From Octopus vulgaris (lineage: Eukaryota): a DNA stretch of 64,000 bases. The notes under the pieces are model-generated. The model saw nothing but the letters and a program-made list of their open reading frames with translations, was not told where the DNA came from and searched no databases. Position numbers and translations under genes: made by a program. Position 1 is the stretch's first letter; every line of letters starts with the position of its first letter. Shown here piece by piece: positions 53,480 to 64,000 of this stretch. The DNA is taken from assembly GCA_951406725.2 (NCBI GenBank), contig OX597816.1, positions 41,664,001 to 41,728,000 of the forward strand. The letters run 5' to 3'.

Positions 53480-55605
53480 TTCATGTGCATGTGATAGTAC
53501 AGAATATTATGAATAAAGTGAAAGCAGAAGATAGATATTTGCCGAGGAAACAAAAAAAAACAGAAAATGAAAATACTAATAACGTAACAATTACGAAAAT
53601 CGGAATACTTCGAAAATGCAGAGAAATTAATCTCTACTTTTCTTTCGTAAAAGCTTGCGTAAATAAATCAAAAAAAAGACTTTGATAATAAAGAATTTTA
53701 ATGCCTCGTTTAGTCTGACAGCTTCTTAATGTTTTGATTATTTATGATACATTTAATCCCAAATTAAACTATAAAATAAAAATAATCAAATTTTGAAACA
53801 CACATACAGAAGCACGCTGCCTCGATTAGTCGTACTTATAAGCGTATTTACGCAATTATTCATATACTCACACGCACAAATACATTAATAGTGATGTCTG
53901 CGAGTGCGCGCGTGTGCCCGTGTCTATGTGTCAGTGTTTGCTTGCGTTTGTAAGTATACACATATCGAAAGTGGTAAGCCGAAAATACTTCTATTGATTA
54001 AATACACATGCATACACACAGACACACACATACACACATATGTATACGTGCATATGGGTTTGTGTTTTTCAGAGTATGTATACATACAAAATGTTATGGA
54101 GCGAGATCCTTATTGATTATATACATGTGTGTATGTCATCTGTGTGTGTGCTTGTCTGTTTGTGCGTATGAGATATGTATGTTTCTATCTTGTTTGCTCT
54201 TGTAGCTATGTTTATGCACGTGGGAGTCTGAATAATGAGTTCATCATATCATAATATATATCTAATTAATTTATGATTATGGAAAATATGCTTACAGACT
54301 CATCCTGAGAGCATACAATACGTAAATAAAGAAGCTAACAATTTCATTATAGTTATTAATGTGATATTATTTACCAGTGCTTTTTTTTTTACTTGTTATT
54401 CTTGATTAGAGATTGCGTTTTATAAATATTTCTGATTTAGATACATGATCAGCAAAGTTGAAAGGATTGCTGTTAGTTTATAACATCACCCCAAGTAAGT
54501 TAATGTATCGTCTCCGAAATTATGGATGGCAGAGCTGACCACAGTAGGACTGGATCTCAGAATATAAAGAGCGTGAAGTATTACACAACTCTCTTTCCCA
54601 AGCTTGATCGAGTTTATCAATCCCCTGCTTTACTTTTATGTATTATCATAACAAAGTGCATAATAATGTGTATATATATTAATGATATTATTAAGTTATA
54701 TATAATATTATAGACATAAATCTATATATGTATTGTTTTTGTATTTGTGACCGTTTATGCATGGATGATACATATACGAAAGAATTAATATCGGTGTTAT
54801 TTAAGTTGAATTTCTGTAAATGCGTATGTTTAAAAGTAACAACTATATGAATATTCCTTTCCTGTAATATAACTGAGGGGCATATTCAAATGGTAGTAAT
54901 GCTGTTCTGTGGAATGGGCTATGCGAGAGCCGTTAGCAGTATAATAGTTAAGACAGAAAATGCATGGTGATGAAGTAATAAAGGTAGGTAATTTTGTAGA
55001 TCTTTATGAAACCACAAGCGTTAAGGTGTTTCAAAAAAGAATACAGAACACTACAACGGTACAGTCTTCGTATTCTTTATTGGAGTAAGAGCGGAGTCAC
55101 TTGGCCTTACAAAAAAATTGAGTATGATCAAAAATTTTTTGGAACTCTTCCGTAAGTATATATTTTAACTTAAAATATTCGGAATAAGGGCGTTATTTTT
55201 AGTGTTCCAGAGATACTCACCAGGCGAATTATCAAAAGTTAAGAATAATAACGTTATGAGATACAGAGCTTGATACTAGCGATACTAAGACATTTAGAGT
55301 CAACGTATCTGCTTTGGACTTGCATGCGAGGGTGTAGTAGTAACAAAAACCGATTTGACTTATAAAATAATTACATTCATAACTAGGTATGCTTATATAT
55401 ATCGGACTATATTTTTACATGGAAAATTTAAAACACGGTAATTTACTTTGAAAGTATGTGGCTGCCATCTTTAGTGAGTCAAATCAATGCATTGAGTCTC
55501 AGTCATTGGGTCTAACGAAGACAAGCTTATACCGAACTGCACTTCACATGTTATTAATTATAAAACAAGCATACATCGTTCTATATTGAAGCGATGAGGA
55601 ATTAG

Positions 55606-56275
<670 letters not shown>

Positions 56276-56898
56276 GCAGTATACATCGTAGTAGAAGTAT
56301 TGCGAGATTTCCTGAGTGAATATACGAATGAATGTGTGCATATAAGGAAGTATGTAAGCAAGTATGTATGTATGTAAGCACGTATGTATGTATGCATATA
56401 TATGTGTGTGTGTGTTTGTAAGTATGTATGCATGTATGGATTTTAAAGGCGTGTGCCCGAGTTGACAGAGCGCTGGACTGAGAATTACAAGACCGGACCG
56501 ATTGGTGTGTTGTGTTATTCAGGAAAACATATCATTTTGCGCGGTTCACTTTAAATTTACATGTGGCAACTTAATATTTGACATGTCTCACAGTCTGTCT
56601 CTGTATAATCTGTGTCAATTTAATCAAAAAAGGAATCTCGTTTGCACCACAAATATATGATACTCTAGACATATCGGCAATGAATGTTGGTCAGCAAAAA
56701 TTGCGGAACTGAGGAGAGTACACATATGTAAGTATATTTGCATGGATTGATGTATATTTTTAGGTATGTATGGAGGCACGAATAGACGTGCGTACGTGCA
56801 TACGTAGGTATATATGTTTGTATATATGTTTGTAGAATGTATAGCTGTGTATATCGCAATCTGTCAACGTGTATTGTATTTCTACACTGCACTTCTAA

Positions 56899-57290
56899 TC
56901 TTTATATACAAAAGTGAAGTTGTGTGTCTGTCTCCTACGATTTAGATTCCTAACTACTCCCACATTTTGCGGTGCAGTGTAACCAAAAGCGGGTATCTTA
57001 TAGTCGTGATTCATATCGAGCCCTTCTGGGTAATAGCACACGTCTACGATGACTCTACGATTTAAAAAAAATTACCATCATTTTTTCCCATTTTTAATGT
57101 ATTTTTTGCTATCATATAAGGGACGTAACTCTCTAAAAATGTATTATTAAATCTCAGAACGTAAAAAGCTACATTAACACCCCCCTTTGTGGTTAGCCAT
57201 ATTGAGATGGCTATTATACTTTACATCTCTAAAAATGCTTATATAGTCATTTCCCTTACAAACCCGAGCAACGCCGGGCGATACTGCTAG
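56899..57290 (+). mobile_element. Complete non-autonomous Helitron (392 bp)
   Basis: A|TCtttatatacaaaag 5' end, subterminal hairpin cccgagcaacgccggg, CTAG|T 3' end, no TSD. Confidence 0.82.
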
Positions 57291-59617
57291 TTTGAAATAA
57301 AGCAGGCAACCTCTGTGGTAGTATTAGCAGCTGGAGTAATAACCATTGAAATAATAGTATTAAGGAAGTGCCATGATACTTCCTTAACTTCGTAAACTGG
57401 TAATAGTATAAACATTTTCTATTGATTGGAAAACATCTGCTCAGTGTTGTTAATGTAGTGAAAACGTATGAATTATTAACCGAGCTTTAATTACAGATTA
57501 CTTCCATTATTCTGTAGGTTCTCTTAGCGACAATACACGAAATATCAGCCAGAACGATTGCCTACAACAACCGCCAGATCTGGCGCCCGATGTTAGAAAT
57601 TGCAGCCTACGATGGTGTCACCAAGTGGACACAAAATATAATCACTTGATATACTAGAAACAACAGCCCTCTAGAAGCCTTCTAATGGTATCTCGAAGTG
57701 ATCACTCGATAGACCAAGAAACATGTAAGGGGGATAAAATAGAAGAGATTGTATATATGCTTAGCATAACTAACCATTCCAATTTCTATTGCTGCAAGTC
57801 TCAGGTTAATACACGAAGTTCTTAGAGGTAGGTACTACTTGACGATAAAGTAAATATAGTTATGGGTTTTTATTTGGTATCTTCAGACATCTTTGTAGTG
57901 ATTGATATTTGGAGTCTCTTTGCAAACGTCATTTTTCTCGTAGTTTATGTGCTAAAGATATTTTGCTGACAAGACATGCTTGTGAATTTTATTCTTCTGG
58001 TTCTGATGCCATTTTTTGCCTCATTATTTTGAACTTCTACTCACTAAAATGTGTGCAAATAAAACTTACGTTAGCAAATTTTTTGCTGGTAAAATGGAAT
58101 ATGAATTATTAAGTTTTGTGTTAGAATCCTAATTCAAGTAGAAAAATCTGGACGGTTTTGACCTATTTGGTTGGTGGGTGGTAGAGATTAAACTAACTTC
58201 TTTAGCACGTGATGTCTCCTACAAGGTCTGCGACACATACCGATGTGCGATATAATGTAACATATGATGCATTCTTAGAAATACTCGAATGGAGTTCTGA
58301 GTTGTTCTCAAACATATTGATATAAACAGCAAATGATTGTTTTTTATGTGATTGTGCGGATTATGTATCTGGTATTTACCTGAATGAGTTACGTTAATGA
58401 TATGAAATAAACTTCAGCTTAGATGGCTGATAGTTTCAGGTTGATTTTGAAATATATCTGGCTACACTGTCGAATATAAATTTGTTAGAAAATGCCTTTA
58501 AAAATTTGTAAGCATCATTATTTCAAATCCTAAATGACGAATATTATTGTAATTATTGTTGTTGAGAATGCTGTATTCTGGGGTTTTTTACGATTTTTAT
58601 TTGACATGGAAATATGTTAAACATGCTTATATTTTTTCTACTGTTTTGGTCATCCGGTTTATACACATGATTCTAATTATACAGGGCAATTACAAAATAC
58701 TGATAAATCTGTCATATATAACACCATGATTTAAAAGGGATATATTATTTCAGGATATCTTATTTAAGGATATATTTTTAAGTAACATATGAATCATATT
58801 GCAAATGATACCATTTAATCTATGACAATATCATCACGGAGACTAAGTTTCTTTACAACTATGCATTCTGAGGGACAGTATAACACATCTTTTCTAAATT
58901 TGTCATCAGAGAATTCCACAATTTCTATAGTTAAAACGTTTTGATGTTCTTAGGGCATTATATAATATCAATACTTCCATTCAAAATGCAATTATTTTTT
59001 GGCGACAAACATAATATATCGGAATATGGATGGCTTTCAAGATTAGATAACAGGCAAGCACTATGGGCAAATGGAGGGCGGATGGTTGTAGATAGATATT
59101 CCGTTAAAGTTGTTAGCCTTGCATTTGCAATTGATATCCATCCATATTGTAATTGTAATACGCAAGTGGAAATGAAATTATATGAATACATGTTCATATA
59201 AGTGTATACACACACATACATATATATGCGTATATATATATATATATGTATGTATGTATGTATATATATATATGTGTGTGTGTATGTATGAGTGTGTTAA
59301 CAAATATGTAAGGTTTCATTACAATTCTCTCAACAAAACGCTATAGTTAGACTGAGGACACTATCAAATAGCATAAATTGTTAAACCGCGGTCATCGCAA
59401 ACGCTATATATCAAAAGAAGAAGAATGTGCGTGAAGTAGATTTTTTCCATTAATTCAAATGGATCGCTTTCAGCTACAACACAATATAATCGTATTTTGA
59501 ACCCACCTGAAGGGCATTCCAATGTATGTACTAATGTTCTTTTGCGGTATGGCTCACAGACAACAACGCCAGTAACCGAATTATAGAGGATCGTTATTTG
59601 ATCTTTTATAATAATAC

Positions 59618-59664
<47 letters not shown>

Positions 59665-59711
59665 AAATTATTATTACGGTTTTTTTTTTTTTTTGGGGGT
59701 TTTTTTTTTAA

Positions 59712-60420
59712 GCTGACCAAGACCACAAAAATGAAGATCTACCAGGCATGTGTACTCAGCACTCTACTGTATGGAAGCGAGACCTGGACGCTATACACAC
59801 GCCAAGAGCGTCGCCTAAACATCTTTCACCTGCGCTGCCTCCGAAAAATCCTCCACATCAAATGGCAGAATCATATCCCCAACAAACGTCCTCAGGCAAG
59901 CAGGAATACCAAGCATGTTTGCACTCCTCACACAAAGACGTATGAGATGGCTTGGGCATGTTAGCCGTATGAAAGATGGCAGAATCCCTAAGGACATACT
60001 CTACGGAGAGCTTGCTAGGGGTACTAGGTCTGTGGGTAGACCGATCTTACGTTACAAGGATGTTTGCAAAAGGGATATGAAGGCCTGCAACATCAACATT
60101 AGCGGTTGGGAGCCAGTCGCCGGCAACCGTGGAGAATGGCGACGTGCAGTAAAAGAGGGTATACAGAGGAGTGACAGAAAGAGAGAGGAGAAATGGAAAG
60201 AAAGGAAGAGACAAAAACAAGAGACCATGACACTACAACCAGCCAGGAACAGTCTTCGCTACATTTGCAGTACCTGCCAGAGGGAGTGTTTGTCCAGGAT
60301 AGGACTACACAGCCACAGCAAGAAATGTAACAGGAAATAAAATATAACAGCCGGACTAGACCTAGAAAAAAAAAATGCGCAACTCCATTGTCTCCCGAGA
60401 CAGAAAGGATGCCAAACAAA
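59712..60420 (+). mobile_element. 5'-truncated RTE-clade LINE (3' end of RT ORF + 3' UTR)
   Basis: TKMKIYQACVLSTLLYGSETW..RLNIFHLRCLRKIL..RMRWLGHVSRMKDGRIPKDILYGEL..C-terminal zinc finger; frameshift near 59886; followed by (TA)n. Confidence 0.93.
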
Positions 60421-60422
60421 AC

Positions 60423-60488
<66 letters not shown>

Positions 60489-60581
60489 TGGATCTATGTA
60501 TGAATGTGCCAATGTGTTTATCTATCTGTCTCTGTCTCTCTATATATGAGTATATATTACATAAATACATGCATGCATGCA

Positions 60582-60630
<49 letters not shown>

Positions 60631-62284
60631 GTATGTATATATAACCTCGGTGCGTCAACATGGCCGCAGCTCTGAGCTGAAACTTGAGAGAAATATATAT
60701 ATAGATAGATATATAGATATATGTATATATGTATATATATATGTACATATACATACTTGCGTTTATGCACGTATGGAAATGTGTGTAGGTCTCTCACAGT
60801 TTTTGAGATTAAGAGTATTTTTTGTTACTCTGTTGAAATCAAGTATTTTCTCCTCTAATGAAGAGAGAAACATACCTGATTCTAAAGGCTTCAAATACCA
60901 TTTTATAGTTGAATTGATGTAATAATCATATGTTAACTGATATAAGGTGCTGTAATTAACGCAGAAATCAAACTCGCTATTATTAATTTAATAATTTGTA
61001 GCTAATGATTTCCTCTTAAACACTTCCGATTAAGATATATTTTACTGTAATAAATGATGCATGATCCGCTTACCGCCATAACATGTCTTCAAAATGATTT
61101 CATTTAACTGCTTTTAATTTTGTTATATTAATCCAATAATTATCTCCTGAAATTGTCATTTGCATATATATATATAAAAGTACATAGACAATGTAAAGAT
61201 ATCCAATATTGTGAATCGATCGATTCGAACAATTCATTTTGTTTTTAGTTAGTTGTTATTCATTTCTTATTCAGGATTGAGATATATGACTTGATTCAAA
61301 ATACGTTGCTAATCATAAAATATTCACGTCTTTCCTTCATTTATTAATAATTTGTTTGTGCTTCTACCGTACTATCTGGTTCTTGTCATCGAAACTACGG
61401 AGGACTCGAGAGAACTAAAAGTTAAAATATATTATTTTGCCTCATAACGAAGAGCTGAACCTAGAGAACTTGCATCAACATATACACGACATGAATTCAA
61501 TTCAACTTTCAATATGCAACAGAAAATGCCAGAGGTATATGCGAGCTACACATTCATATATATCTTTTTGTAAACTTAACACGTAAATTCCTGCACTCGG
61601 AAATACTTTGTACAGTATTATATTATAAATACTATGGAGGAAAAAAAAGCGTTTTGGAAATACTGCAAAGTACAACTTAATTGTATTTGAAAAGAATTTC
61701 AATAGTGTGTTGTCCAAAATAATCGATTATGTATATAATTGATGAATATTTTGATAAGAATCTGAGAAAAATTTTAATGAAAAAAATATAAACAGATTAA
61801 CGTTTCGCAATATTAAGTACAAACCATTCCAGACACAGTTAGCTGATTCGTGCTGTAATAAATTGATGGCAATTAATTTATATTTCAATATAAATTACTT
61901 GAATTGTTGTATTAAGATTATTTGCCTTTACATTATTTAAAATATTTATTTAATGTATAAATCGTAATTATCAGTTTTTAATGGTAAAAACTGTAAAAAG
62001 TATTTAAAGATTATATAGATATATGCCCGCGTGTGTGTCTTTTCCTGTGTGTTTGTGTACTTTTATTGAAGTTATTTCTCTTCAAACTGTGTCTGTGACC
62101 TCATAATAATGTGGGTTTGTTTCTGTATTTATGTCAATTTGCATAATTTTGATTTAAGAACGTGATGACATATGATTATTACCAAGATATTATCTGAAAG
62201 AAATTATTTGTTATGACTTCAAATGACTATGCAAATAAGTGTCGTTTAATTTTGATCAATATGAAATTTAATGCCGAACCGAAT

Positions 62285-63622
62285 GCCACAACTAACACTA
62301 TCTACACAGACACGCTTGGGCCTATCTTTTGAATTTTAATAAATGTTTTGTATAAATCACATTAAGAGTACATGTTAAAATACAAAATATCCAGCTCAAC
62401 AACTCAAGAATAGTATCATGCTGTGTTCTTCCATTTAACTGTGCCAAAGTGAGTTACTGTTATAAATCAAAAAATAACTTGTTGTTTTTCCTGTTTGCTG
62501 TTATTAGTGCTGGTGGTATTTATATAAGGTTATATCGGCTATATAATAATAGTAACAAAGAAGTTCCAACCAAGATCATATTTTCAGAAACGTGGAATGT
62601 TATAAAATGTATAATTCAATTGCTGTTAATGCTGTACATTCACACGTCAACACTGAGTTGTCAGAAGTATAACCAAAGACATCCCAATGTGGCTATCCCC
62701 GCTCATTTAATACAGCAGGTACTATGTTATGCATTCAGCTTTACTTCCAGTTTCAGCAAGTACTCAGGCTATTCTGTTGTAAGTTTGCGTTCGGAAACAA
62801 AGTGCTTAACACGATATATTTAATTAAATAAATGAACTGAAACATCTAGTATATTTTGGTACAACCTCCTTTTCTGATCTTTTATTTGTATGTCTTTTAT
62901 TTTTCTCTTGTTTCCGCCATTAAACTGCGGCTACGATATTTATTCTATCAATTCTTATGCTAAACCGACAGATTAAAGGGACGTAAACACAGCAACACGT
63001 TTGCCAAGCGGTGCTGGGAAATAAAAGCAGATACAACGACACACCCATGTAAATATACATCACACATAAGCACACACTCACACACACACATATATATACA
63101 CGCACACACGTACATATATAAGCAGATTCTTTCAGTTTCCGTACACAAAATCCACGCAGAAGGCTTTGGCCAGCCTGCCGCTATAGTAAATGCCATTTAC
63201 CCAAGTGGTGAAGCAATGGGACTGTAGCAGAAACTATGTGTTTGGAAACTAACATTTTACCACAGAGTTACCCGTGGGTCTATCCACACACAGCCACGAC
63301 TAACACTATCTACACAGACACGCTTGTGCCTATCTTTTGAATTTTAATAAATGGTTTGTATAAATCATTAAGAGAACAAGTTAAAATACAAAATATCCAG
63401 CTCAACAGCTCAAGACTAGTATCATGCAGTGTTCTTCCATTTAACTGTCCCAAAGTGAGTTACTGTTATATATAAAAAATTAACTGGTTTTCCTTATTTG
63501 CTGTTACTAGTACTGGTGGTATTTATATCAGGTTATATCGGCTATATAATAATAGTAACAAAGACGTTCCAACCAGGATCATATTTTCAGAAACGTGGAA
63601 TGTTATAAAATGTATAATTCAA
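62285..63622. repeat. About 335-bp direct repeat (62285-62619 and 63293-63622)
   Basis: gccac.actaacactatctacacagacacgcttg.gcctatc..gaaacgtggaatgttataaaatgtataattcaa occurs twice with scattered differences. Confidence 0.93.
62880..63265 (-). mobile_element. Decayed SINE family B between the direct repeats
   Basis: gggacgtaaacac..(ca)n..ctttcagtttccgt..aggctttgg..gctatagta..taccaca. Confidence 0.78.
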
Positions 63623-64000
63623 AAGAATGCGAGTTGCGATTCGTGGGATGTTGGCTGGTGTTTCTAGCTGAGTAGTTAGCCTTGTAAAAGCTCTCTCGGT
63701 GGAAACCGTATCCTAAACATGTGCATAGTTACGTTGCTTAGCTTCAGCTCAACTCAGATCGACAATCAAAAAGGCAAAAGGCATTCGATCCATGATCCAC
63801 TCGGCTTTCTTTTCTGTGTCAGAAGAGCATTATCCAGTATGACGTATCACCGATCTCGGTTTATGTAGAGTCCTGGTGCTCTGTGTCAGACATTTTTGAA
63901 AATAAATTTGTACGCAAATTGCAAGCAAAAATAGAAAGGCCAACTGCTAAATCGATGGGCACAGCCAAGCGAACGTTCATTCTCGATTTTATGTAATCCA

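Noticed and set aside
57360-57387. 10-bp hairpin ttaaggaagt/acttccttaa
   Set aside because: Isolated short palindrome, plausible by chance or local repair; no context.

Overview
AT-rich, repeat-dominated eukaryotic DNA with no prokaryotic operons, rRNA, true tRNA or CRISPR. Very dense (TA)n/(CA)n/(TACA)n/(AAT)n microsatellites and the tRNA-derived SINE families suggest a coleoid cephalopod, probably Octopus (inference, not checked). Nearly all ORF-track entries are microsatellite artefacts or decayed transposon fragments (RTE, L1/Tx1, Gypsy, mariner/Tc1, Helitron, Penelope-like, MITEs). Two things stand out. (1) A short-repeat family built as tRNA-like Pol III head + microsatellite + minimal type I hammerhead ribozyme (HHR). 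It occurs at two loci (2336-2592, 55606-56275), both times as a head-to-head inverted pair, which suggests a Penelope-mobilised ribozyme SINE. Several unrelated degenerate Penelope-type HHR motifs also occur, some beside microsatellites. (2) A frameshift-broken but stop-free reading frame (3157-4124) encoding Gly-Cys pentapeptide repeats, an Asp/Glu-rich domain and a C-terminal CaaX box (CILQ*). All calls are by eye; element boundaries are approximate unless a motif is quoted.
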